Shown here: positions 31,398-42,364 of the stretch, in pieces
How the letters are laid out: the number at the start of each line of letters is the position of its first letter
How positions within the stretch are numbered: the stretch's first letter is position 1
Source: Halorutilales archaeon Cl-col2-1
Lineage (GTDB): Archaea; Halobacteriota; Halobacteria; Halobacteriales; Afararchaeaceae
Length of the DNA stretch: 64,000 nt
NCBI GenBank assembly: GCA_041891055.1
Contig: CP169074.1
Coordinates: 1,632,001-1,696,000 of the forward strand
Direction: 5' to 3'
Made by a program: the position numbers and the translations under genes
The notes under the pieces: model-generated
What the model saw: the letters and a program-made list of their open reading frames with translations, nothing else
What the model was told of the DNA's origin: nothing
Databases searched by the model: none

Positions 31398-31823
31398 ATG
31401 GAAGTCACGGATATCACGCGTAAGATACGGTTCGGACACGTAACTCTGATACTCGGCTTCGTGGGTGCTGCGATCTCTTACTCTCAGACAGCGCCGACAG
31501 AGCTCAACGAGTCGACCGTGAGTCTCTCTGTCTTCGCGTGGACTCTCATAGCGACGTGGGTGAGTGTCGAGTTCTACAAGGGGAAGCTCGTCGAGGAGAA
31601 GGAGGATCTCAAGAGATGGAACGAGGACTGGCGCGCGACCGTGATAGATTACAGGAACGAGAACCAGGAGCTTCAGGCTGAGAACGAGGAGCTACGTGAC
31701 ACTATAAAGGAGATTACGCGAGAGAACCACGAGCTAAAACAGAGGCTTGAGGATCAGGACGCCGTCGGAGCCGACTCCGAAGACGGCACGTCGGAGTCGG
31801 ACGACGCCGAGGCTATCGAATGA
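31398..31823 (+). CDS. Hypothetical two-TM plus coiled-coil protein
   Basis: Two hydrophobic helices then EN.EL heptads; start at ATG 31398. Confidence 0.6.
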   Translation: MEVTDITRKIRFGHVTLILGFVGAAISYSQTAPTELNESTVSLSVFAWTLIATWVSVEFYKGKLVEEKEDLKRWNEDWRATVIDYRNENQELQAENEELRDTIKEITRENHELKQRLEDQDAVGADSEDGTSESDDAEAIE

Positions 31824-31880
31824 GAATAATCTGATAAAGGAACAGACATCGGAACTCGAACTCGAAAATTTAGTCTTATT

Positions 31881-32174
31881 CTAAGAGACGTTGAAGCCTT
31901 CTTCCTTGAGAAGATCCTCGACCCTTCCCTCGTGGTTGCCCTGAAGCTCTATCGAGCCGTCCTCGACAGTACCGCCGCACGCTAACTGCTTCTTGAGCTT
32001 CGTGGCTATCTCACTTACGTCGATGTCGTTGGGATCGAATCCCTCCACGATAGTTACTTCCTTTCCGTATCTCCTCTCGTCGACTCTCACCGAGAGAGCC
32101 TGTGACTCCTTTGCGACGTCCTCACATACACAGAGTTCGTCGGGTAATCCACAGGTTGGGCAGACCTCAGGCAT
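31881..32174 (-). CDS. Translation initiation factor SUI1/aIF1
   Basis: [30 protein letters not shown]. Confidence 0.95.
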   Translation of the reverse strand: MPEVCPTCGLPDELCVCEDVAKESQALSVRVDERRYGKEVTIVEGFDPNDIDVSEIATKLKKQLACGGTVEDGSIELQGNHEGRVEDLLKEEGFNVS

Positions 32175-32182
32175 TATCTACG

Positions 32183-32422
32183 TTATACGGGTGCAGACAG
32201 CGACTTGGCTTCTCTCGCTGTCTCCTTGAGCATGAGCACGTCGCCCTCACGCACGGGTCCCATCGCGTTACGCGTGAGTATACGACCCTTGTCGCTTCCC
32301 TCTAGGACGCGCGCTTTGACCTGCATCGCCTCTCCGTGCATCCCTGTCTTACCTACTACCTCTATGACTTCCGCAGGAGTCGCGTCCTGGCTTTGCTGTG
32401 ACTCTTCTCCTTCTGTGGACAT
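32183..32422 (-). CDS. rps28e: 30S ribosomal protein S28e
   Basis: [15 protein letters not shown]...RN..GPVREGD...ETAREA. Confidence 0.96.
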   Translation of the reverse strand: MSTEGEESQQSQDATPAEVIEVVGKTGMHGEAMQVKARVLEGSDKGRILTRNAMGPVREGDVLMLKETAREAKSLSAPV

Positions 32423-32483
32423 TCTCGTGGGTACATAGTGAGAGGGGGGCGATAAGGGTTACGCTTACTAAGCCGTCCTAGTC

Positions 32484-34013
32484 TCAGACCAGAACCCCGA
32501 GTATCCTCCTCGAAACCACGAGGAGAAGAGCCGTCGCCACGACTACCATCACGACGTCGAGGACTCCACCCGCGCGTAACATATGGCGTCTGTCGATGTA
32601 GTCGGTTCCGAAGACTATCGCGTTCGGCGGGGTCGCGACGGGAAGCGCGAAGCCGTAGCTAGACGTCACGGCACCCGCGACAGCGAGAAGAACTGACGTC
32701 TCGACGTCCCCGTAGACGCCGCCGAAGGTTATCAGAAGAGGCGCGAGTACGGCTGCCATAGCAGTGTTCGAGGCTAGTTCTCCGACGCCGACCGTGAAGA
32801 CGGCGACGACGAGTACCACGACTACAAGTGAGGCTCCCTCTAGGGGTGAGAAGACTGAGTCGGCTATCCACTTGGTCGCGCCCGTGTCTGACAGCGAGCT
32901 AGCTAGCGAGACTCCGCCGCCGAAGAGCACGAGAGTACCCCAGTCTATGTCTTCGATGTCTTCCCAGTCGACCGCGCCCGAGACCACGAGTGCGGGAACG
33001 GAGGCGAGACCCACTATTACGTAGTAGAGGGCACCCTCGGCTCCATGGGTTCCGAAGACGGTCAATCCGTCGCCGCCGAATACCGTCGTGTGCCACGTAG
33101 TCGGAACTACGCTTTCGAAGACGAATCCGAAGCCGCCTAGGAGCCAGAGGACTGCGGTCGCTCCGAAGACGTACGCTGTCCGGCGCGCCTCCGGAGTACC
33201 GAGACTCTCCTCCTCGGCTATGTAGCCGCGCGCCTTCTGTCTCGCGCCGCTGACGTCTTCGATCTCTGGAGGATACAGGACGTAGGTCAGTAGGAACCAG
33301 ACGATCGGGAGCGTCACGACCACCATCGGCAAGCCAATCGCAAGCCAGTCGACGAAGCTTATCTCGACGTCTAAGAGGCTGTCGAGGTACGCGACTGCTA
33401 TCGCGTTCGGCGGTGTTCCTATCAGACTCCCGACCCCGCCGACGCTCGCGGCATAAGCCGTCCCGAGAAGTGTCGCTACCTGGAGGTTCGAGTACTCGCC
33501 CTCGCCGCCCCTCTTACCGAGACCCTCTTCCCCGACGACCTCCTCGACAAGACCGACTCCTATCGGAACCATGACGGCTGTGGTCGCGGTGTTGGAGATC
33601 ACCATCGACAGTCCAGCAGTCGTGACCATGACTCCGAGAACTAGTCTCCTCGGAGACGACCCCGTCTTTGCGAGGACGTAGTAGGCTATCCATCTGTCGA
33701 TTCCGTGTCTCTGGAGAGCCTCCGCGAGCATGAAACCCGCGAGTATGAGGAATATAACCGGGTGGGAGAATCCGCTGAAGGAGTCGGCGACGTCGGGGTA
33801 GACTCCGAAGACTGTCAGGAGTATGGGTATCGAGAGCGCGGTAACCGGAAGCGGAACCGCTCCGGTGATCCAGAGGACTGCGGCGAATAAGGCGGTACCG
33901 ACTGCGTACCTCGCCTCGGCAGAGAGTCCCTCGGCACTGACGGGGTATCCACCCACGGCGACCGCCCCGATTAAGGCTGTGACGACGATCAGGTAGCTCG
34001 TTCTCGTATCCAT
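32484..34013 (-). CDS. SLC13/DASS family di-/tricarboxylate or sulfate transporter
   Basis: SNTAT, IGTPPN, PVATPPNAI motifs; start at MDTRTS. Confidence 0.92.
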   Translation of the reverse strand: MDTRTSYLIVVTALIGAVAVGGYPVSAEGLSAEARYAVGTALFAAVLWITGAVPLPVTALSIPILLTVFGVYPDVADSFSGFSHPVIFLILAGFMLAEALQRHGIDRWIAYYVLAKTGSSPRRLVLGVMVTTAGLSMVISNTATTAVMVPIGVGLVEEVVGEEGLGKRGGEGEYSNLQVATLLGTAYAASVGGVGSLIGTPPNAIAVAYLDSLLDVEISFVDWLAIGLPMVVVTLPIVWFLLTYVLYPPEIEDVSGARQKARGYIAEEESLGTPEARRTAYVFGATAVLWLLGGFGFVFESVVPTTWHTTVFGGDGLTVFGTHGAEGALYYVIVGLASVPALVVSGAVDWEDIEDIDWGTLVLFGGGVSLASSLSDTGATKWIADSVFSPLEGASLVVVVLVVAVFTVGVGELASNTAMAAVLAPLLITFGGVYGDVETSVLLAVAGAVTSSYGFALPVATPPNAIVFGTDYIDRRHMLRAGGVLDVVMVVVATALLLVVSRRILGVLV

Positions 34014-34060
34014 ACTCTCCACTTCAGTTCTACACCGGTCTGAAGGGTTAAAAAGACCCG

Positions 34061-34879
34061 TTACGACAGAAGACGCGCGCCTTCGTCGTCTATCCCCGCC
34101 GTCTCGTCGAATACGTCTTCGCCGCCGACTCCGAAGACTGTCTCCCCGAGCATAGCCATGCTGGCTACTCCGCCTTCTTCCTCTATCTCCTCGACCTGTG
34201 TCTCGACCTCGTCGGTGACGAGACCAGTCTCGCGCGCGAACTCCCACGAAACCTCGATCAGACCCTCGACCGACGGGTTCCTCAGAACCTCGTCGAGAGC
34301 CTCCTCTCCCGCTTCGTTGATCCTCTCCATAGTCTCGTCGTCGCTCAGGACGTCGGAGGTGTCGAGGCCTCCGAGGACGGTATAGCCAATCTCTTCATCC
34401 TCGTCGTGGTCTATCTTCCCGAATGTCCCGAGCTCGGGAGCACCTTCTTCTACCCTCGTGACTATTCCCCCGAGAGACTGGGGGACTACGTCACCAAGTC
34501 CTGTCCCCGACTCGACGTCAGCGACGTGTGCGGCGGAGACCACCTGTTCACGTTCGAGTCCGAGACCGAAGACCTCGTTCGCGGCGAGTCCTGTCGCGAG
34601 TGCTGCCGCACCGCTCGCCCCGAATCCACAGCCGAGGGGGACGTCGGTCTCTATCTCGACTCGTGCGTCTACCGACATCATCTCCAAGACGCGCTCGACG
34701 GGCTCGAACTCAACTGTGTCGTCTTCGAGAACCACGACCGTCGAGTCTGCTTCCCCTACGTCGACTGTGACGCCGTCGTCTATGGCTATCCCCGCGCCCC
34801 TCGACCCGGTTTCGAGAGGGTCGTCGTGGACAGCCGACGAGAAGAAGCCGGTTATGTGTCCGGGCGCGAAGCCTCTCAT
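34061..34879 (-). CDS. Pantoate kinase (GHMP family)
   Basis: APGHITGFF, PLGCGFGASGA, GTGLGDV, MAMLGETVF. Confidence 0.92.
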   Translation of the reverse strand: MRGFAPGHITGFFSSAVHDDPLETGSRGAGIAIDDGVTVDVGEADSTVVVLEDDTVEFEPVERVLEMMSVDARVEIETDVPLGCGFGASGAAALATGLAANEVFGLGLEREQVVSAAHVADVESGTGLGDVVPQSLGGIVTRVEEGAPELGTFGKIDHDEDEEIGYTVLGGLDTSDVLSDDETMERINEAGEEALDEVLRNPSVEGLIEVSWEFARETGLVTDEVETQVEEIEEEGGVASMAMLGETVFGVGGEDVFDETAGIDDEGARLLS

Positions 34880-36168
34880 TAAGGCTGTAGTCTCTGACGG
34901 TCGCGCGGGAACAGAACCGCCTCACGTATGTTGTCGAGTCCGAGCATCGTCATTATGAGACGCTCAAGTCCGAGTCCCCATCCGGCGTGGGGAGGCATTC
35001 CGTAACGGAAGGCGTCGAGGTAGTAGTCGAAAGCCTCGGGTTCGAGCCCCTGTTCGGCGATCCCGTCTCTGAGACGGTCGTAACGGTGCTCACGCTGCGC
35101 GCCGCTCATCAGCTCCATCTCGGGATGCATCATGTCGAACGCCTTCGCGGTCTCGTCTTCCTCGTTCTCCTGTACGTAGAAGGGCTTTATCTCGGCGGGC
35201 CAGTCAGTGATGAAGTAATGTTCGCCTATCTCCTCGCCTATGGCGTGTTCCGCCTCGGTCGTGAGGTCGTCTCCCCATTCGAGATCCGCGCCGTTCGAGT
35301 TGGCTATGTTGAGACAGTCGTCGTAGGTGAGGTACTCGAAGGGCGTATCGGGAACTTCGAGGTCGACACCGAGTGCGTCTAACTCGTCGTCACACTCCTC
35401 GACGACCCTCTCGTACGCCGCGACTGTGACGTCCTGACAGATCTCCATCGCGTCTCTGTCGTCTATGAACGCGCTCTCGAAGTCGACGCTGGTCGCCTCG
35501 TTGAGATGGCGCGGTGTGTTGTGCTGTTCCGCCCTGAATATAGGACCTATCTCGAAGACGCGTTCGAGCCCCGAGCCCACCATCATCTGTTTGAAGAGCT
35601 GAGGCGACTGGTTGAGGAAAGCCTCGCGCTCGAAGTAGGTCATAGGGAAGAGGTCGGTACCGCCCTCGGTCGCCGTCGCGACTATCTTCGGCGTGTTTAT
35701 CTCGGTCGCTTGCTGTGTCTGGAACTCTTCCCTGAGCGCGTCGAGTATCTCGGCGCGTATCTCGAATATAGCCTTGACCTCGGGCTTCCTGAGGTCGAGG
35801 TAACGGTTGTCGAGCCTCGTCGGAAGCTCGGCGTCGACCTTTCCGCTCGGGTCGAGTGGAAGCTCGGGCTCCGCCTCGTTTAGTACGTCTACCGAGTCGG
35901 GGAGTATTTCGAGTCCCGTCGGAGCGCGTTCCTCCTCCTCGACGGTTCCGGTTACAGCGACTACCGACTCGCGGTTGAGCGACTTGCCCTTCTCTATGAC
36001 GTCCTCGTCGACGACCTCATCCTTGAGCTTTATCTGTATCTTGCCCGAGGTGTCACGTAGTATCACGAAGGCTATGCCCCCGAGGTCACGTACCTCGTGA
36101 ACCCAGCCCTTTACGGTGGTCTCCTCACCGGCTTCGAGGTCGCCGGCATAAGTTCTGTCTCGACTCAT
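34879..36168 (-). CDS. aspS: Aspartate--tRNA(Asp/Asn) ligase, archaeal type
   Basis: OB fold, [33 protein letters not shown]. Confidence 0.97.
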   Translation of the reverse strand: MSRDRTYAGDLEAGEETTVKGWVHEVRDLGGIAFVILRDTSGKIQIKLKDEVVDEDVIEKGKSLNRESVVAVTGTVEEEERAPTGLEILPDSVDVLNEAEPELPLDPSGKVDAELPTRLDNRYLDLRKPEVKAIFEIRAEILDALREEFQTQQATEINTPKIVATATEGGTDLFPMTYFEREAFLNQSPQLFKQMMVGSGLERVFEIGPIFRAEQHNTPRHLNEATSVDFESAFIDDRDAMEICQDVTVAAYERVVEECDDELDALGVDLEVPDTPFEYLTYDDCLNIANSNGADLEWGDDLTTEAEHAIGEEIGEHYFITDWPAEIKPFYVQENEEDETAKAFDMMHPEMELMSGAQREHRYDRLRDGIAEQGLEPEAFDYYLDAFRYGMPPHAGWGLGLERLIMTMLGLDNIREAVLFPRDRQRLQP

Positions 36169-36175
36169 TTTTCAA

Positions 36176-37438
36176 CTAATCGTCCTCGCGCGTCCTTAAG
36201 TCAACCGACTTGGCGTGGGCTGGGAGTCCCTCCTCACGCGCGAGAGTGGTTATGGTGTCGGCGAGGCTACCCAGACCCTCCTTCGACAGCCTCTGAACTG
36301 TCACGCCTTTGACGAAGTCGTCTACGCTCAGACCTCCGTAGAGACGAGCGTATCCCGAGGTCGGAAGGACGTGATTCGTGCCCGTGGCGTAGTCGCCCGC
36401 GGCTACGGGCGTGTAGTTACCCAGGAAGACCGATCCGGCGTGTCTGACGCGGTCGAGGACTTCCTCGTCGTCCTCCGTGAATATAGAGAGATGTTCGGGA
36501 GCGTACTCACGCATCAGCTCGACGCAGTCGTCGAGGTCTCCGTAGAGAACCGAGGAGTCGTCTACTACTTGGCTCGCCGTCTCACCCCTCTCCATCTCGC
36601 CCATCTGTGTCTCGATCTCGTCCTCGATCTCGTCGGCGATACTTCGACTCGTCGCCACGGCTAAGACGCTCGCGTTCGGGTCGTGTTCTGCCTGTGCGAG
36701 CATGTCGGCGGCTACGAATTCGGGCTCGGCTGTCCCGTCTGCGACCACACCTATCTCGCTGGGTCCTGCGGGGAAGTCTATGAGGACATCACCCTGTACG
36801 AGTTCCTTCGCCGCCGTGACGTAGATATTTCCGGGTCCGACTATCTTGTCGACTCCCTCGACAGAGTCGGTGCCGTATGCCATCGCTCCCACAGCCTGCG
36901 CGCCGCCTATCTCGTATACCTCGTCCGCGCCTGCTACGCTCAGAGCGACGAGTGTAAGGGGCTCGGGACGCGGCGGCGTACACGCTATGACACGTTCTAC
37001 CCCCGCGACCTTAGCGGGTATCACTGTCATGAGTGCCGTAGACGGATACGCCGCGCCCCCACCGGGGACGTAGGCTCCTACGGAGTCGAGGGGAACGAAA
37101 CGTCTCCCGACCTCTATGCCCTCGTCGGTCTCTTCGGTGTAGTCATCGCGCACCTGTTTCGAGTGGAACTCCTCGATTCTACCAGCCGCTTCGTCTACGG
37201 CTTCGAGGACCCTGTCGTCGACCTCGTCGAACGCCGCCTCTATCCTACTTTCGTCCACACTGGGAGAGTCGAGATCGACGCCGTCGAACTTCGAGGTAAA
37301 CTCCTCGACTGCGGCGTCGCCTCTCTCTCTGACCTCCTTGAGTATGTCGCCGACGTCTGGCACGACACGGTCGGTCTCTGTAGACCTGTCGATAATCTCG
37401 TCCCTCTCGTCGGGACTCAGGTCGGATATCTGTCGCAT
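36176..37438 (-). CDS. hisD: Histidinol dehydrogenase
   Basis: YVPGG.A.YPS, GPGN.YV, AGPSE, QAEH, GTNHVLPT. Confidence 0.97.
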   Translation of the reverse strand: MRQISDLSPDERDEIIDRSTETDRVVPDVGDILKEVRERGDAAVEEFTSKFDGVDLDSPSVDESRIEAAFDEVDDRVLEAVDEAAGRIEEFHSKQVRDDYTEETDEGIEVGRRFVPLDSVGAYVPGGGAAYPSTALMTVIPAKVAGVERVIACTPPRPEPLTLVALSVAGADEVYEIGGAQAVGAMAYGTDSVEGVDKIVGPGNIYVTAAKELVQGDVLIDFPAGPSEIGVVADGTAEPEFVAADMLAQAEHDPNASVLAVATSRSIADEIEDEIETQMGEMERGETASQVVDDSSVLYGDLDDCVELMREYAPEHLSIFTEDDEEVLDRVRHAGSVFLGNYTPVAAGDYATGTNHVLPTSGYARLYGGLSVDDFVKGVTVQRLSKEGLGSLADTITTLAREEGLPAHAKSVDLRTREDD

Positions 37439-37531
37439 ACGTCCTAATCATCTCTCGTCTCCTAACGGCTTTCGGTGTTCTCACACTCTAAACCGAGAGC
37501 TTTTTATCCTGTTACTGTTTAACACGCGGGT

Positions 37532-37696
37532 ATGGACACAGGAATACTACTCTCAGGTGCCCCGAGCACAGGAAGCATAAAACCAGCCTTCGGACCCACG
37601 GGACAGATAGGAGTCTTACTCGGACTCATACTCGCTCTCGTAGTCCTGTCTTACATATTCTCGACCGTTGGGTACAAGAGACTCGACAGTAAGTAG
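37532..37696 (+). CDS. Small single-TM protein (54 aa), not in the ORF track
   Basis: MDTGILLSGAPSTGSIKPAFGPTGQIGVLLGLILALVVLSYIFSTVGYKRLDSK; TTTTTA box about 30 nt upstream. Confidence 0.55.
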   Translation: MDTGILLSGAPSTGSIKPAFGPTGQIGVLLGLILALVVLSYIFSTVGYKRLDSK

Positions 37697-37815
37697 CTCC
37701 TTTCTAACTTGATGTTTGTTAACCCTTGCCACGTTACTGTCTGGTATTTGTGACCCTAACCGTAATCGTTATTAAGTAATCAGTTCAAAAACAGTTAATC
37801 AAGAGGAAGAAAACT

Positions 37816-39084
37816 ATGGCAGACAAACCACACATGAACCTGGCCATCATAGGCCATGTCGACGCCGGAAAGTCGACGCTCGTAGGACGTCTCCTCTTTG
37901 AGACAGGAAACGTACCCGAGCACGTTATAGAACAGCACAAGGAAGAAGCAGAGGAGAAGGGCAAGGGCGGATTCGAGTTCGCCTACGTGATGGACAGCCT
38001 TGAAGAAGAGCGTGAGCGTGGTGTCACAATAGACATCGCTCACCAGGAGTTCGACACAGACGAGTACTACTTCACCATCATCGACGCTCCGGGACACCGC
38101 GACTTCGTCAAGAACATGATTACGGGCGCGTCTCAGGCTGACAACGCCGTACTCGTCGTCGACGTCGACGAGGGTGTACAGCCACAGACGAGGGAGCACG
38201 TCTTCCTCGCGCGCACACTCGGAATAGACGAGCTCGTCATCGCCATCAACAAGATGGACACAGTCGACTACGACGAGGGCGACTATGAAGCCGCGATCGA
38301 CGAGGTTGAGGAGCTTCTAGAGATGGTCAACTTCCCGACCTCCGATGTCGTCTTCACCCCCGTATCCGCCTTCGAGGGCGACAACATAGCCGAGCACTCC
38401 GACAACACGCCTTGGTTCGACGGTCCGACTCTCATAGAGGCACTCAACGACCTCAAGAAGCCCGAGGAGCCCGTAGACCTCCCGACGCGTATCCCGATAC
38501 AGGACGTCTATACTATCTCGGGTATAGGTACAGTCCCCGTCGGACGTATAGAGACGGGTATGCTCCACCCCGGGGACGATGTAGTCTTCGAGCCCTCCGG
38601 ATCTAGCGGAGAGGTCAAGTCGATAGAGATGCACCACGAGGAGGTCGACGAGGCAGGACCCGGAGACAACGTCGGTTTCAATGTACGTGGAATCGGACAG
38701 GAGGACACACGCCGCGGAGACGTCTGTGGACCCGTCGAAAACCCGCCTTCTGTTGCCGACACCTTCACGGCGCAGATAGTCGTGATGCAGCACCCGAGTG
38801 TCATCACAGAGGGATACACGCCTGTCTTCCACGCCCACACCGCACAGGTCGCGTGTACGATAGAGAGCCTCGACCAGAAGATCAATCCGTCGAGCGGAGA
38901 GGTTGAGGAAGAGAACCCCGACTTCATAAAGGCTGGTGACGCCGCTATGGTCACCGTCCGTCCCCAGAAGCCCCTGTGCCTCGAGCCTTCGAGCGAGATA
39001 CCTCAGCTCGGCTCGTTCGCCATCCGTGACATGGGACAGACGGTCGCAGCGGGTAAGGTCATAGAAGTCGAAGAGAGCGACTAG
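37816..39084 (+). CDS. tuf: Translation elongation factor EF-1 alpha
   Basis: [27 protein letters not shown]. Confidence 0.98.
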   Translation: MADKPHMNLAIIGHVDAGKSTLVGRLLFETGNVPEHVIEQHKEEAEEKGKGGFEFAYVMDSLEEERERGVTIDIAHQEFDTDEYYFTIIDAPGHRDFVKNMITGASQADNAVLVVDVDEGVQPQTREHVFLARTLGIDELVIAINKMDTVDYDEGDYEAAIDEVEELLEMVNFPTSDVVFTPVSAFEGDNIAEHSDNTPWFDGPTLIEALNDLKKPEEPVDLPTRIPIQDVYTISGIGTVPVGRIETGMLHPGDDVVFEPSGSSGEVKSIEMHHEEVDEAGPGDNVGFNVRGIGQEDTRRGDVCGPVENPPSVADTFTAQIVVMQHPSVITEGYTPVFHAHTAQVACTIESLDQKINPSSGEVEEENPDFIKAGDAAMVTVRPQKPLCLEPSSEIPQLGSFAIRDMGQTVAAGKVIEVEESD

Positions 39085-39096
39085 CTCTTAACGACT

Positions 39097-39405
39097 ATGC
39101 AGACTGCTCGCGTACGTCTTTCGGGAACTGAGCCCGACGACTTAGACCAGATTGCCGACGATGTGAAGGAGATAGCCGAGAGAACAGGTGTCAACTTCTC
39201 GGGACCTGTTCCTCTGCCGACGAAGGAACTCGAGATCCCCATACGTAAGAGCCCCGACGGTGAGGGCAACGCGACGTGGGAGCACTGGGAGATGCGCGTC
39301 CACAAACGTCTCATCGACGTCGACGCCGACGAGAGGACTCTCAGACAGCTCATGAGGATACAGGTTCCCGAGGATGTCTCGATCGAGATAGAGCTGGAGA
39401 GTTAA
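39097..39405 (+). CDS. rpsJ: 30S ribosomal protein uS10
   Basis: [26 protein letters not shown]. Confidence 0.98.
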   Translation: MQTARVRLSGTEPDDLDQIADDVKEIAERTGVNFSGPVPLPTKELEIPIRKSPDGEGNATWEHWEMRVHKRLIDVDADERTLRQLMRIQVPEDVSIEIELES

Positions 39406-39457
39406 ACCACAAGCCACAAAACATCTCTTAACTTATATAGAGTATAAAGTAGATAGA

Positions 39458-39529
39458 GGGCCGGTAGATCAGTGGTAGATCGCTTCCTTCGCAAGGAAGA
39501 GGCCCGGGGTTCAAATCCCCGCCGGTCCA
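39458..39529 (+). tRNA. tRNA-Ala(CGC); integration target
   Basis: GGGCCGG/CCGGTCC acceptor stem with G3:U70, anticodon arm CTTCC-TT-CGC-AA-GGAAG, GGTTCAAATCC. Confidence 0.96.
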
Positions 39530-39668
39530 AAACCTATGTTTTGGAGCATTCGAGAAACGTAGTTTCTCGATACGGTCCATACGAATTCTTACGGATTCCT
39601 CGGGAACACAAAACCACCATACAGCGACGGTTTTACCCCTCGCAAATACCTTCCCGTGAAAGTGAGTC
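39517..39668 (+). repeat. Left attachment-site direct repeat (152 bp)
   Basis: Last 13 nt of tRNA-Ala plus 139 nt downstream; 147/152 identical to 57644-57795. Confidence 0.93.
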
Positions 39669-39724
39669 TGACTCGTCTCGGAACGGAGGTCTGCTCTTTC
39701 CGGCTTTTATTTTGAGGAACCGAG

Positions 39725-41710
39725 GTGGTCGGCTTGGGTGGTGAGTCTGTTGGGACTAACATAGAGGCTGACGAGAAGATATACTGTGAGGACTGTAGCC
39801 TACATATCGACGCCGAGATCTGGGAGACACACCTCAAAAACAGACATCCCAGAGAATACGATCCCGAGACGTTCGACCTCAACGACTACATAGACCGCAG
39901 TGGCGGAGACGGGGACAACGAAGAAGACGTCGACTCTGGGGCGCGCGCGACATGCCGTAGCTGCGGAGAGACCTTCGAGACCCTCCAGGAAAGAGACGAA
40001 CACGTAAGAGAAAGCCTGAGCTGTACTCTCGAAGAGGGACAGGAAGCGAGAACACCCGATTCTACAGACCTAATCGAGCCCATCACACACGGTCTCGAAG
40101 CAAAGACGGCGTTTGACCACGGAAGCTTAGACGCATACTTCGGTCTCGTCTCAGCGGTCTACGACCTCAGCGACGAGTACCCCGAGCATAAGTCAGAATC
40201 AGGGAAGAGCCAGACTATCGATGTCGACGGAGACATTAACTTCGAGGCTGTCGGTCGTGGGTTCGAGATTACGGCTATCAAGTACTGGTCGAGTCAGCTA
40301 GACCCGAGCAGTATCGGAAGGATAGACTACGACAGGGTCAACGAGTACTCGATACAGTGTACAGAGGTAGACGGACAGGCTGATATCTCTCTCGTGCTAC
40401 GACCAAGCTGGGAGAAGATGGAGTCTCTCGACGGCGAGAGTATAGTTCCCAACGCTGAGACACCTCGTGGTCTCCGTGTACAGATAAATTCGAGCTATCT
40501 CGAACCCGACGAAGTCCTCCCAGCGGCTCGGTCTGTAGCTAAAGCCGTCGACTTTAACTCCAAGTATCTCCAGAAAAAGGATATTCGAAGAGACCTCTCG
40601 ACGTGGACACAGATAGAGAGGCATGTCAGAATTAGGAGAGAGTACTCGGAGAGGATAGTCGGACACGACGGAAAGCTAACCGAGATCTCGAAGTTCTACG
40701 CGTCGAAAGACGAGAGCGTAGGAGAGTACAAATGGGACAATCAGGACGTTCTGGGGCGGATGACCCGTCTCAGTCTTGGTGAAGATGATCTCAGTGACAT
40801 GGTGGATGTCGCGTATCCCGCGAATATCAAATATTACCATCTCAAGAATCCGAGACACTCCGTCCGAGACGCTATTGACCAACCGAAGGTAGAGGTACAG
40901 ATCAAGGGCGACAGTATACCCTGGGAGAGGATCGACGAGGCTCGTGCAGACGCCGATACTATTCTCACGAATACCCTCCGTTGGTCGGGTATTCCGGTTA
41001 ATCCGACCTCTACGGTCTATGTTGACGACGACGAGTTTACCGTCTCTCGAATGGAGTCGGATGAGGTCGAGTTCTACGTCGACCCGTGTGAGGAGATCGA
41101 AGACGCTCAGGAGGAGACTGCGGTAGGAGTCGTCGGTGTTGCCGACGAGATAGAGTTGGAGGCTCTCGAAGAGATCGTAAACAGACACGGATCGGCTTCA
41201 GTCGGAGAAGTTGCGGAGGCTCTCGACAGATCCGTCAGAAGCGTGTATAGATACGTCTCAGACAGGCTTTCGGCAGTTGTCGACCTCGACCAGGGCGAGC
41301 TCTCGATAAGCTCAGACTACCTCTTCGACAGGTTAGACGACCTCTTGGAGAAGGGAGCCAGCGTCTCGTCCGACATAGCCCAGCAGCTACGCAGTGAAAG
41401 AGCCGCAGCCGCGTCTGACTCGGCGTTAGAACGTTTCGCTACTAGATGGGGTATAGAAGGCAATCTAAAGCGCGACGACGAACTCACGGTTCACCAGGAC
41501 AGGATGACGAGATCCGAGGCTAAGGAGCTTCTGCGATCCGCATACAGTGTCTTGGGAGCACGCCGCGGCTACGACGAGGTACTCAGTATTACGTTTAGAT
41601 TCGCGGACGATCCCGATGACTATCTTACATTCGGTAAGTACGGTGAGAGAACCCAGCTTGTGATTCAGAACGACGACTGCCGCATAACGTCAGAGCTGAG
41701 ACCGAGATAA
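39725..41710 (+). CDS. Putative replication protein (betapleolipovirus/haloarchaeal plasmid Rep-like) with N-terminal C2H2 fingers and C-terminal HTH
   Basis: CxxC..H...H fingers, KYYH..P....PKVEV core, SVGEVAEALDRSVRSVYRY HTH; family assignment from memory, start uncertain. Confidence 0.55.
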   Translation: MVGLGGESVGTNIEADEKIYCEDCSLHIDAEIWETHLKNRHPREYDPETFDLNDYIDRSGGDGDNEEDVDSGARATCRSCGETFETLQERDEHVRESLSCTLEEGQEARTPDSTDLIEPITHGLEAKTAFDHGSLDAYFGLVSAVYDLSDEYPEHKSESGKSQTIDVDGDINFEAVGRGFEITAIKYWSSQLDPSSIGRIDYDRVNEYSIQCTEVDGQADISLVLRPSWEKMESLDGESIVPNAETPRGLRVQINSSYLEPDEVLPAARSVAKAVDFNSKYLQKKDIRRDLSTWTQIERHVRIRREYSERIVGHDGKLTEISKFYASKDESVGEYKWDNQDVLGRMTRLSLGEDDLSDMVDVAYPANIKYYHLKNPRHSVRDAIDQPKVEVQIKGDSIPWERIDEARADADTILTNTLRWSGIPVNPTSTVYVDDDEFTVSRMESDEVEFYVDPCEEIEDAQEETAVGVVGVADEIELEALEEIVNRHGSASVGEVAEALDRSVRSVYRYVSDRLSAVVDLDQGELSISSDYLFDRLDDLLEKGASVSSDIAQQLRSERAAAASDSALERFATRWGIEGNLKRDDELTVHQDRMTRSEAKELLRSAYSVLGARRGYDEVLSITFRFADDPDDYLTFGKYGERTQLVIQNDDCRITSELRPR

Positions 41711-42364
41711 TCCGAGATCGGACAGCCTAAGCTTTACTCAGTTTATGTTTTATTTCTGATATATCCATCTAAGAAACGCCATAGGGCGGTATCTTACTGT
41801 TTTCAGCGACTATACCGCGCGACATGAGTAGCTTCTCGATCTTGTGTGTAACTACGTCTACAGAGCTATGCGACGTCTAGATGTTTCGCCAAAATCTGTC
41901 AATATCCCCTTATATGTGTGCGTAAGCGCGCAAAATCAAAACCCGCCGTAGCCTCTTTTTGTCTAAGTGATCCAGTTGATCCACGGGAAATGAGGGTAGT
42001 TAAAGTAGAGATCATACGCTATTTTAATCGGAGACTTGGGAATAACATACATAGGAACGGCTAAGGATTTATTGCTATCTATTGGAGTTCAAAGTTTGAA
42101 AATATATCGGGGGAAGTGAGAATGTATGTAGTTTAACACTCAGAAACTAGGGTATGTACAAATCCTAATCTAAGGCATTATTACTTATTAGATTTGTATT
42201 ATGCTTGTACTATCCTATTTTCAATCCCAGTTAAGCCTTATTCCCTCATTTCCATATTTCATCTTTCTGATATATATCATTTATCTTAATCAAATATATC
42301 AAATAGGATACATTTCACCTAACTTTTATTAACAAATCTTATGTACTGTCCTAAGGGGTGTTAA

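Noticed and set aside
2317-38954. Numerous long antisense or alternate-frame ORFs over housekeeping genes
   Set aside because: Expected shadow ORFs from GC-rich, acidic codon usage; Ser/Arg/Val-biased with no motifs
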